Below, in pieces: positions 8,006 to 15,437 of a DNA stretch of 24,000 nucleotides. The notes beneath the pieces are model-generated. The model was not told the origin of the DNA and did not search any database. It worked only from the letters and a program-made list of their open reading frames with translations. The translations under genes were made by a program, and so were the position numbers. Positions within the stretch are counted from its first letter, which is position 1, and every line of letters starts with the position of its first letter. Origin of the DNA: Moorella naiadis (nom. illeg.) (GTDB lineage: Bacteria; Bacillota; DSM-521; Neomoorellales; Neomoorellaceae); assembly GCF_051020825.1 (NCBI RefSeq), contig NZ_JAXGFQ010000009.1:42387-66386 (forward strand). The letters are read 5' to 3'.

Positions 8006-8371
8006 ATGGCTCATTTAATCTTACTGGTAGAAGATAATGAAGCTAATAGAGTGCTGTTAAAGGATATCCTGGCGTTGACCGGCAATGAGGTTTTAGAAGC
8101 CGTTAATGGCGAAGCAGCGGTCCAGCTGGCGCAAGAACAAAAGCCACAATTAATTTTTATGGACTTGCAGCTACCGGGTATTGATGGGATAAAGGCGACT
8201 AAAATCTTGAAACAGAATCCCAGCACCAGGGATATACCTATTGTGGCCGTTAGTTCTTATGCCTATGCAAGGGAAAAGCAACTTTTCCTGGCAGCCGGGG
8301 GCAATGTTTACCTGTCCAAGCCTATAGATGTTGATCTAATCTTAGCAACAGTGAGCCGGTTTTTGCCATGA
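8006..8371 (+). CDS. Single-domain CheY-like response regulator receiver
   Basis: RBS is ctGGAGGcaaatttaATG. REC motifs are present: LLVEDNEANR, phospho-acceptor context IFMDLQLPGIDG, and SKPI. It is a close paralog of the receiver at 11361-11753. Confidence 0.9.
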   Translation: MAHLILLVEDNEANRVLLKDILALTGNEVLEAVNGEAAVQLAQEQKPQLIFMDLQLPGIDGIKATKILKQNPSTRDIPIVAVSSYAYAREKQLFLAAGGNVYLSKPIDVDLILATVSRFLP

Positions 8372-8402
8372 AAGCATGAAAGATGGATAATATATAATTA
8401 AT

Positions 8403-8431
8403 TTGCTGCCAGGCACTCAAGAAATTATTAG
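8403..8431 (+). promoter_or_regulatory. Candidate sigma-A promoter for the riboswitch transcript
   Basis: TTGCTG (8403-8408), 17-nt spacer, TATTAG (8426-8431). This would start transcription about 15-20 nt before the aptamer. The hexamer matches are only moderate. Confidence 0.35.
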
Positions 8432-8449
8432 ATATGCCGATGATTCTTT

Positions 8450-8550
8450 TTAAGAACCGCAAAGGGCAAACCCGACCGAAAGGCGGGGGCGCAAAGCCAC
8501 GGGCCTAAAGCCTTGACAGGCTATGGCAGCCGGGTTGCCGGGTAAGCCAT
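8450..8550 (+). promoter_or_regulatory. c-di-GMP-I riboswitch aptamer (GEMM-I class)
   Basis: The sequence is GCAAAGGGCAAACCCGACCGAAAGGCGGGGGCGCAAAGCCACGGGCCUAAAGCCUUGACAGGCUAUGGCAGCCGGGUUGCC. It follows the conserved GEMM-I core as I recall it from the Vibrio cholerae Vc2 aptamer: GCACAGGGCAAACC, a hairpin capped by a GAAA tetraloop (here 8478-8481), GACGCAAAGCC, CGGCCUAAACC, then ...GGGGUUACC. It lies in the 5' leader of the CDS at 8627. Confidence 0.85.
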
Positions 8551-8572
8551 AGTGAAATTTTTTGGCGATAAC

Positions 8573-8610
8573 GGGCAACCCGGGCTGAGGCGGGTTGTCC
8601 TAAAATTTTT
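8573..8610 (+). terminator. Riboswitch expression-platform terminator
   Basis: Stem GGGCAACCCG (8573-8582) / CGGGTTGTCC (8591-8600) has 10 bp with one G-U and an 8-nt loop, followed by TAAAATTTTT. The 5' arm can alternatively pair with CCGGGTTGCC (8530-8539) inside the aptamer. Confidence 0.65.
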
Positions 8611-8626
8611 ATAGGGGGTATGCTGG

Positions 8627-9589
8627 ATGAAGTATAAAAAATTAATCAGTACCCTGGCCATAACCGGCCTGCTCTTGCCAGCCGGCATAGCTTATGCCCT
8701 CCCGGGTAATGGTCATGACAACTATAGTCCTGGCCAATATACGGTAGTTACCGCTGGAGGGGCTAACTATGGGATTAAGGTTAAAGGGGAAGATAAACAA
8801 TTAGAAGATGAGTCAGAAGATCAGACAACCGAAGCTCAAGATGAGACTAGAAACAGGAAAGAAACCGAACCAAAAGAACAAGAAATAAAATCGCAGGAGG
8901 GGGCCAGGACGAAGGAAGAAAAAGAAGTGCAAGGATACCTAGACAAGGAAATTTCCGGGCTCCAGGTTACCCCGGAAGCACAGGTGAGGGAAGAAAACCA
9001 GGTAAGGGAAGAAACCCAAAATGCCGGTCTGGTGAAATTTCAAGGTAGAATCCGGGTTAAGAATAAAGAAATAAAATTTGATGTACCGCCAGTGATTAAA
9101 GGAAACCGGACCCTTATCCCCGTCAGGGCGGTTACCCAGGGTCTAGGCGCGACTATCAATTGGGACGAGGCAACCAACACCGTAACTATAACAAAAAATG
9201 GAATTACAGTAGTACTTATGCCTGGAAGTACAGAAGTAACCGTCAATGACACCAAAATCAATTTGGATGTCCCCGCGGCAATAATCAGCAACCGTACTTT
9301 TGTACCCTTGAGGTTTCTGGGTGAGGTATTTAAAGATAAAGTGCATTATGATGCAGCAACCGGCAACATTGATATTGAAGAAGGCAACGAAAACGAGGCA
9401 GGACAAGGTACTGAGTCTCCACCACCTGGTACAACGGCGCCTGAAAGTCCGGTTAACAGCAGTCCAACTACTACGACAGTACCGACAAGTACCAGCCCCA
9501 CACCTCCCGCAACAACAGGTACCAGTACGACAACTACTCCTTCCATCCCAGCGCCGACAACAACGACCTCCTCTTTACCTGCCGCATAA
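8627..9589 (+). CDS. Secreted copper-amine-oxidase N-terminal ('stalk') domain protein with an E/K-rich linker and a T/P/S-rich tail
   Basis: RBS is GGGGGTatgctggATG. Signal peptide is MKYKKLISTLAITGLLLPAGIAYA. Cu_amine_oxidN1-like repeats are present (NRTLIPVRAVTQGLGATINWDEATNTVTI and NRTFVPLRFLGEVFKDKVHYDAATGNIDI). The C-terminus is about 70 aa of low-complexity T/P/S. Confidence 0.85.
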   Translation: MKYKKLISTLAITGLLLPAGIAYALPGNGHDNYSPGQYTVVTAGGANYGIKVKGEDKQLEDESEDQTTEAQDETRNRKETEPKEQEIKSQEGARTKEEKEVQGYLDKEISGLQVTPEAQVREENQVREETQNAGLVKFQGRIRVKNKEIKFDVPPVIKGNRTLIPVRAVTQGLGATINWDEATNTVTITKNGITVVLMPGSTEVTVNDTKINLDVPAAIISNRTFVPLRFLGEVFKDKVHYDAATGNIDIEEGNENEAGQGTESPPPGTTAPESPVNSSPTTTTVPTSTSPTPPATTGTSTTTTPSIPAPTTTTSSLPAA

Positions 9590-9598
9590 AGCGGCACA

Positions 9599-9632
9599 AA
9601 TCCCTGCTTTTATCGCAGCGGGGATTTTTTTT
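9599..9632 (+). terminator. Rho-independent terminator
   Basis: AATCCCTGC ... GCAGCGGGGATT forms an imperfect hairpin followed by T8 (9625-9632). Confidence 0.65.
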
Positions 9633-9701
9633 GCTGTTGCAAAGCCGGGTAGCTTGACTTGGTTAAGGACCGCGTTTTTACCGGCGCAGGTAAAATTTTC
9701 C

Positions 9702-9730
9702 TTGACGATAAAAAGGGTAGCACCTATAAT
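9702..9730 (+). promoter_or_regulatory. Sigma-A type promoter of the CHASE3-HK operon
   Basis: TTGACG (9702-9707), 17-nt spacer, TATAAT (9725-9730), preceded by the A/T block AAAATTTTC. It is near-identical in layout to the promoter at 15370-15398. Confidence 0.65.
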
Positions 9731-9891
9731 TAAATTGGTAGAATAGTGTCACTTTAGGGAGAAAAAAGTCGGTGGACGGTGCTTGGGGCCCCGGAGGTGC
9801 CACTATGGCCGAGGAATTGAGACACCGCCGGCAGCGGCCTTTATGACGCCGGGCGGCGTTTCCAGTAAAACTTATAGGTGGCGGTCCGAAA

Positions 9892-11328
9892 ATGAAAAAG
9901 TATTTTAATTCCAGAGTACTAGTGAGCATTATAGTCTTGTTAATTATTGGCGTCATAGGCCAGACTTTCTGGCTGTATGAGCAAATGACGGAACTGGCCC
10001 GTCGGTATTACCAGGTAGGCCGGGAGAGTTATACGGCTTTGTACAACCTGAAGAGCATAGAAAAGCTGGTCATGGATATGGAAACGGGGGTACGCGGTTA
10101 CCTCTTGACAGGCGATCCGGCTTTCCTGGATCCTTACAATGAAGCAAAGCAAGAGGTGCAGGATTATTACCAAAAATTGTCGGGGAATTTAAGCGGGGAT
10201 GCCGCCTCCCGCAGTTACCTGGAGAGCATTAAACAAGAAATTAAGGATTGGGTAGTGAAGATTGCCGGTCCGGCTATGGCCGACCGTAAGCTATTGGGGC
10301 CGGCGGCGACTTTACAAAATTTGACGGCCAGTATTGATTTTTCCCGGAGTAAATCCATCATGGACCGCCTCAGAGATAAGTTTGATCGGTTGGATACGAA
10401 CCTCGAGGCTCGCCGGGACCAACAAATGCAGGCTGTCTTAGACTGGAATCACCACATAACCATATTAATGATAGTAGTAACTGGGATACTACTGTTGGCT
10501 ATAATGGTTCTGGGCCTGGCGCTTTATCGCTTGCTGCGGCAAGTAGAGGTACAGAATGCCCAGCTCCTGGACAGGGAAGGAAGGCTGCAAAAAGCCATCC
10601 GGGAGTTATATATGGCTTCCAAGATGAAATCGGAGTTCCTGGCCAATATGAGCCATGAACTGCGCACGCCCTTAAACGCCATTATCGGCTTTGCCCAGGT
10701 ATTGCAGAAGCAATACTATGGGGCCTTAACTGAAAAACAGGTTAAGTATGTCGAGTATATCTTGACCAGCGGCCGGCATCTCTTAAGCCTGATCAACGAC
10801 ATCCTGGACCTGTCGAAGATAGAAGCCGGCAAGCTTGAATTGGAGCCAGCCACCTTTTCCCTGCCAAAACTACTGGAAAACAGTTTGATCATGGTAAAAG
10901 AAAAAGCAGTGCGGCACCGGTTGGAAGTTATTTTACAGGTGGACCCGGATATCCCGGAACTTACCGCCGATGAACGTAAAGTGAAGCAAATAGTCTATAA
11001 CCTGTTGAGCAATGCCGTTAAATTTACCCCCGACGGCGGTAAGATTACCGTCCGTGCCCGGCTTCTACCCGGTGATCAAGTACAGGTTAGCGTTGCCGAT
11101 ACGGGCATCGGCATCGCGCCGGCAGACCAGGAGAGGATTTTTGAGGCCTTTATCCAGGGCGACAGCGGTTATACCCGCCAGTATGAAGGGACGGGCCTGG
11201 GACTGGCCCTGGTCCGCCGCCTAGTTGAACTGCACGGGGGCCGGGTATGGGTGGAAAGCGCCGGCTCCGGCCAGGGTAGCACCTTCTACTTCACCTTGCC
11301 GCTACGGCTAGAAACGAAGGAGCAATGA
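9892..11328 (+). CDS. CHASE3-domain sensor histidine kinase
   Basis: Has an N-terminal TM and a CHASE3-like signature (METGVRGYLLTGDPAFLDPYNEA), then a second TM. Kinase boxes present: H-box SHELRTPLNAI, N-box NLLSNAVKFT, G1 DTGIGI, G2 GTGLGLAL. Confidence 0.92.
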   Translation: MKKYFNSRVLVSIIVLLIIGVIGQTFWLYEQMTELARRYYQVGRESYTALYNLKSIEKLVMDMETGVRGYLLTGDPAFLDPYNEAKQEVQDYYQKLSGNLSGDAASRSYLESIKQEIKDWVVKIAGPAMADRKLLGPAATLQNLTASIDFSRSKSIMDRLRDKFDRLDTNLEARRDQQMQAVLDWNHHITILMIVVTGILLLAIMVLGLALYRLLRQVEVQNAQLLDREGRLQKAIRELYMASKMKSEFLANMSHELRTPLNAIIGFAQVLQKQYYGALTEKQVKYVEYILTSGRHLLSLINDILDLSKIEAGKLELEPATFSLPKLLENSLIMVKEKAVRHRLEVILQVDPDIPELTADERKVKQIVYNLLSNAVKFTPDGGKITVRARLLPGDQVQVSVADTGIGIAPADQERIFEAFIQGDSGYTRQYEGTGLGLALVRRLVELHGGRVWVESAGSGQGSTFYFTLPLRLETKEQ

Positions 11329-11360
11329 TGATTAATAAAGATTCCGGGGGTGAAAACTTC

Positions 11361-11753
11361 ATGGCGGGACCAATTTTAATAGTCGAGGATAACGAAGCCA
11401 ACCGGGTCTTGCTGGAAGAAATCCTGACCCTGGGGAATTATGAGGTTTTGAAAGCCGTTGATGGCGAGGAAGGGGTCCGCCTGGCCCGGGAACAACAACC
11501 CCGGTTGATTTTGATGGATATCCAGCTACCCGGCCTGGACGGAATCAGCGCCACCCAGGTCCTGAAGGGTGACTCTTTGACCCGCCATATCCCGGTTGTC
11601 GCTATTAGTTCTTACGCTTATGAGAGGGAGAAAGAACTTTTCCGGGCCGCCGGGGGTGACGCCTACCTCACCAAACCTATTGATGTTGATGTAGTATTGC
11701 AAACCGTAGCGAGGTTTCTGGAGGGAGAGGCTTCAGGTGGAAAAAATGCCTAA
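11361..11753 (+). CDS. Single-domain CheY-like response regulator receiver
   Basis: GGGGGTG lies 8 nt upstream of ATG 11361. An alternative ATG at 11325 overlaps the HK stop (ATGA). It has a REC domain and is paralogous to 8006-8371 (ILIVEDNEANRVLLEEIL..., SSYAYEREKELF..., TKPIDVD). Confidence 0.9.
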   Translation: MAGPILIVEDNEANRVLLEEILTLGNYEVLKAVDGEEGVRLAREQQPRLILMDIQLPGLDGISATQVLKGDSLTRHIPVVAISSYAYEREKELFRAAGGDAYLTKPIDVDVVLQTVARFLEGEASGGKNA

Positions 11754-13260
11754 GATCTTGGTGGTCGACGATGATGAGCTAAACCTGGCCTTAATGGAAG
11801 CCATGCTGGCGCCCGGCGGCTACCAGGTGCTGACGGCTGCTGATGGCGAGGAGGCCCTGGCGGTAGTGGCCCAAGAAAACCCGGACCTCATCCTCCTGGA
11901 CATCATGATGCCGCGCCTGGACGGCTTGACCGTCTGCCGCAGGCTGAAGGCAGACGAGGCGACTCGCTTTATACCCGTGATTTTGGTTACGGCCCTGGAT
12001 CAGCTTCAGGACCGGGTCGAGGGACTTGCCGCCGGGGCGGACGACTTTTTAACCAAGCCGGTTAACGAGCTGGAACTGACGACCAGGGTGCGCTCGTTGT
12101 TACGAGTAAAAAAGTTAAACGACCAGCTGCGCTACGCCCACGAACACATCAATTCTTTAACCCGCCATGTGGCGGGCCTGCTGCAGGAATTCAATCCCCT
12201 GTATTTTGAGTTAGAAGCGACCCTGCGGGAGCTTTTGCAGCAGTTACTTTTGTTAAAGGAGCTGGCGCCGGCGGCAGTACTGGTAGTTATGGCAGCCGGC
12301 CAGGGCCGTAGTCAAGGCTGGCTTTATTATCGTCAAGAGGGAACAATAAAGCAGGAAACAATTAAAATTCCCTTGCCGGCAGATGCCGGGGCCGTCCAGA
12401 GCATCCTCCGCGCCAGGGGAGAGGGCCTCTGCGGCAACCGGGGCGACCCTCAATGCGAAGAAGAAATCAATTTTTTTGCCTCCCAAGTGACGGGCTATAC
12501 CGGCGCTATTCACAATTTCGCCTGCTTTTATGATGGCCCCTTACTGCTAGCCGCCTTTAATTACCCGGCGGCGGTCACGGCCTATGAGCGGGATGTCCTG
12601 CAGAACCTATTGACATATAGCCGTTTCTTACAACTGGTGGCCGGGCAAATCCGGGACACGGAAGGGGCCTTTCACTATACCATCCAAGCCCTGGCCCGGG
12701 CCGCCGAGGCCAATGACGACGATACAGGCAATCATATCGTCCGGGTGGGCACCTTTGCCGCAGAGCTGGCCGGGGGCCTCGGCTGCCCACCGGATTTCTG
12801 CCGGGAGATCGCCCTGGCGGCCCAGATGCACGACGTGGGGAAGATTCACATCCACCCGGATATTTTACGCAAACCGGGCCGGCTAACCCCGGACGAATGG
12901 TTGTTGATGCAGCAGCACCCCCTTCACGGCGCCAGGATCCTGGGAGACGCCCCCAGGTTACGAATAGCCCGGGAGGTGGCCCTGCACCACCACGAGAAAT
13001 GGGACGGCAGCGGCTACCCTGCCGGCTTGCGGGGCGAGGCTATTTCCCTGGCGGGCCGGATTGTGGCTGTGGCCGACATTTATGACGCTTTAAGGAATAA
13101 ACGCAGCTATAAGCCCGCCTTTTCCCATCAGGAAGCCTGCCGGATTATTACTGCCGGCGACGGGCGGGTACAGCCGGGGCACTTTGACCCGGCGGTTCTG
13201 GCGGCTTTCCGGCGGGCTGCCTCCCACCTTGAAGAAATTTATGAAACAATAAAGGATTGA
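11746..13260 (+). CDS. Response regulator with HD-GYP c-di-GMP phosphodiesterase output (REC, about 170-aa middle region, HD-GYP)
   Basis: AGGTGG lies 5 nt before ATG 11746; GTG 11737 is an alternative start. REC (ILVVDDDELN, LLDIMMPRLDG, TKPV) and HD-GYP motifs (HDVGKIHI and HHEKWDGSGYP) are present. It overlaps the preceding receiver gene by 8 nt. Confidence 0.92.
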   Translation: MPKILVVDDDELNLALMEAMLAPGGYQVLTAADGEEALAVVAQENPDLILLDIMMPRLDGLTVCRRLKADEATRFIPVILVTALDQLQDRVEGLAAGADDFLTKPVNELELTTRVRSLLRVKKLNDQLRYAHEHINSLTRHVAGLLQEFNPLYFELEATLRELLQQLLLLKELAPAAVLVVMAAGQGRSQGWLYYRQEGTIKQETIKIPLPADAGAVQSILRARGEGLCGNRGDPQCEEEINFFASQVTGYTGAIHNFACFYDGPLLLAAFNYPAAVTAYERDVLQNLLTYSRFLQLVAGQIRDTEGAFHYTIQALARAAEANDDDTGNHIVRVGTFAAELAGGLGCPPDFCREIALAAQMHDVGKIHIHPDILRKPGRLTPDEWLLMQQHPLHGARILGDAPRLRIAREVALHHHEKWDGSGYPAGLRGEAISLAGRIVAVADIYDALRNKRSYKPAFSHQEACRIITAGDGRVQPGHFDPAVLAAFRRAASHLEEIYETIKD

Positions 13261-13326
13261 AGTCATACCGCTGGGAACATTGCCAAACTGAGTGAGGGCC
13301 TGGTGCCTTTCCCGGCTCCCTGGCAA

Positions 13327-14610
13327 TTAAACCAACTGATTAAAGAATGATCCCGGAGGCAGCAGGAGGGACCAAAGATTGGCGGTGTTTAAAAACCCCC
13401 ACCAATTGTAAGAGGATAGGTAAGGGGTATTTAGCTGTGGTAAGGGGTTAGCAAAGGTAGTTAGGGGGTTGGTGGCGATCTGTTGGGCGTTAAACCCAGC
13501 TGATACGGCCAAGCCGTTGACCCCACTGAAGGCAGTCTCTACCAATCCCAAGTTATTCTGGAGGGCGCTGGTAAGGGCAGTTTGGTTAATAGCCAGGGTG
13601 CCGTTCTGGTTCTGGGTAATGCCTATGGCGGCCAGGTTCGCGGCTTGATAACTATAGCTTTGCTTTAAAATAGAAAGTAGCTGCGGACTGATATACTGTG
13701 AATTTTGCGCCGTAAAGGTCACCAGGTTGTTATAGGCCGTCACGAAATTGTTGATGGCGTTGTTTATAGCTTGGGTATCAGGAGTGACTGTAATGGTGGC
13801 GTTAGTTACTGTACCTAAGAGATTTAAACTCAGTTTTCGGTTATCCAGGTAGATGGTGTTGCTTGTGGAAGTGTAAGGGACACCATTGAGGGTGTAACTA
13901 GCATTGGCTGCCGCAACAGAAACCGTGTTAGCCCCACTATAAGCGACAGCATTGCCGGTCACATCAGTTAAGGTGAAGGCATTACTGGTACCGGTATTCT
14001 GGGCAGTTAAAACCACGCGGCTGGTACCGGCTACAGTATCGGTAGCTACCTTGGCGGTAACCGGCGCGCCGGCAGCATTGATGGCCTTGGCCATGTTAGT
14101 GAGTACAGTTAGGTTAGTATCGCCAGAATTAACGGTAAAGGATAGGGAATAAGTCTTGCCGCCTGTTTGCAGGTTGAAATTATAACTACCTGGCGCCAGC
14201 CCGGTAGCCGCGGCGCTGGTCAGGGCGAGGCCCATGTTTTGCTGGGCGGTGGCGATCTGGCTTATGCTCATAGTATAAGTAGCTAAAGTTGCCCCCGGCT
14301 GGGCCTGGGCAGTAACGGCGCTGGGAGCAGATGAAGTTGTTGTTCTCTGCAAGAATACATTAGCGCTGGTGCTAAGCTGTAAGGGCTGGGAAGCCTCCCA
14401 AAGCTGGCGGCCATAGTTGCTCAGAGTGGCCAAGCTATTGGCCAAGAGAGAAGGCTGCTGCCGGTTCCAGTTATTAACCCATAAGGCTTCCTGAGCTATG
14501 TTGAGTGGTGCTCCCGGCTGGTAAGGGTAAGAAGGCGCTGAGGGATTTAAGAGATAACTCGCCAGCCAATAATTAGGGGACCAGTAATTGCTGTACAACG
14601 GGCCAACCAT
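13327..14610 (-). CDS. FliD (filament cap)-like domain protein with atypical aromatic-rich termini
   Basis: RBS is AAGGAG, 10 nt upstream of the ATG. The core pattern resembles the FliD C-terminal domain: ISQIATAQ; ASYTLNGVPYTSTSNTIYL; TVTPDTQAINNAINNFVTAYNNLV; AAIGITQNQNGTLAINQTALTSALQNN...AFSG. It is almost free of charged residues and rich in N/Q/S/T/A. There is no signal peptide and no recognisable FliD N-terminal (GLxSGLD) segment. Confidence 0.7.
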   Translation of the reverse strand: MVGPLYSNYWSPNYWLASYLLNPSAPSYPYQPGAPLNIAQEALWVNNWNRQQPSLLANSLATLSNYGRQLWEASQPLQLSTSANVFLQRTTTSSAPSAVTAQAQPGATLATYTMSISQIATAQQNMGLALTSAAATGLAPGSYNFNLQTGGKTYSLSFTVNSGDTNLTVLTNMAKAINAAGAPVTAKVATDTVAGTSRVVLTAQNTGTSNAFTLTDVTGNAVAYSGANTVSVAAANASYTLNGVPYTSTSNTIYLDNRKLSLNLLGTVTNATITVTPDTQAINNAINNFVTAYNNLVTFTAQNSQYISPQLLSILKQSYSYQAANLAAIGITQNQNGTLAINQTALTSALQNNLGLVETAFSGVNGLAVSAGFNAQQIATNPLTTFANPLPQLNTPYLSSYNWWGFLNTANLWSLLLPPGSFFNQLV

Positions 14611-14646
14611 GCGAGATCATCTCCTTGGTAACATCTTGTGAAACCT

Positions 14647-14655
14647 ATTATAACA
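14647..14655 (-). promoter_or_regulatory. Extended -10 promoter element for the FliD-like gene
   Basis: The minus strand reads TGTTATAAT (TGn + perfect TATAAT) about 37 nt upstream of the ATG at 14610. The -35 is weak (TTCCCT). Confidence 0.5.
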
Positions 14656-14722
14656 CTAAGAAATAAAATAGGGAAGATTTAATCTTGTAGCTGGTCCATT
14701 GCTTTGCACAGGGATTACAGCT

Positions 14723-15265
14723 TCAGGGCAGGATCAAGGCCAGCCGCCTGGCTACGGGAACAATCCTGGGCCAAAGATAGGCAACGATAATGCTGGCCAC
14801 TATGCCTACCACGGCGCCGCCGATAACATCCGCAGGGTAGTGGACCCCGACGTAAACCCGGGCGATCATTATTACCAGCGACAAAACCATCAGGCCGTAA
14901 TGCAGGCCTTTAGACCGGGCGCTCCACGTCAGGGCCCAGGCCAGGGCGGCATGATCGCTGGGGAAGGAGGAATCCGGAGCGTGGGGGATCAAAAGCTTGA
15001 CATGGTTATGGACAAAGGGGCGGGGCCGGTAGTAGCAAGTACCGATAACCAGGTTGATGACCAGGGCCAGGGAGGCTGTCGCTGCGGCCTTGAGGACCAG
15101 CAAGCGCTCCTCGCCGGATTTTTCCCCCCGGCCGGCAAACCAGAAGTAGATATAGGGTAACAACAAAACGAAGGGGCCGTAAAGGGCCATAAAGCGCATG
15201 AGTAGATCCAGGTCACGCCAGTGGCCGGCCAGGTTGTTGATGGCCGCAAACAGGTGCCCGTCCAT
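14723..15265 (-). CDS. PAP2-family phosphatase (undecaprenyl-diphosphatase/BcrC-like membrane protein)
   Basis: RBS is AAGGAGGccttcctgATG. PAP2 motifs are present: YYRPRPF, FPSDHAA, ARVYVGVHYPADVIGG. It has several TM helices. Confidence 0.88.
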   Translation of the reverse strand: MDGHLFAAINNLAGHWRDLDLLMRFMALYGPFVLLLPYIYFWFAGRGEKSGEERLLVLKAAATASLALVINLVIGTCYYRPRPFVHNHVKLLIPHAPDSSFPSDHAALAWALTWSARSKGLHYGLMVLSLVIMIARVYVGVHYPADVIGGAVVGIVASIIVAYLWPRIVPVARRLALILP

Positions 15266-15369
15266 CAGGAAGGCCTCCTTAACCGGGGAATGTTAAGGTT
15301 CAATATACAGCATTATACAGCATAAAGATTAAAAGCGCATTAAATTAGGGCAATCAAGGTAAAATTTTC

Positions 15370-15398
15370 TTGACGGCAAGAAGGGGGACTTCTATAAT
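15370..15398 (+). promoter_or_regulatory. Sigma-A type promoter of the stressosome-GGDEF operon
   Basis: TTGACG (15370-15375), 17-nt spacer, TATAAT (15393-15398), preceded by AGGTAAAATTTTC. This is the same 13-mer that precedes the promoter at 9702. Confidence 0.65.
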
Positions 15399-15437
15399 TA
15401 CCTTGTCTATTAATGTCAAATTAAGGAGGAAAAAGTC

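Noticed and set aside
9321-9746. 141-aa plus-strand ORF overlapping the 3' end of the Cu-amine-oxidase-domain gene and its terminator
   Set aside because: It is an alternative frame of the T/P-rich tail (Q/R/L-rich) and runs through the terminator hairpin. It is not credible as a gene.
14699-15160. 153-aa plus-strand ORF antisense to the PAP2 gene
   Set aside because: The translation is G/P/Q-rich and low-complexity with no RBS. The minus-strand PAP2 motifs are complete.
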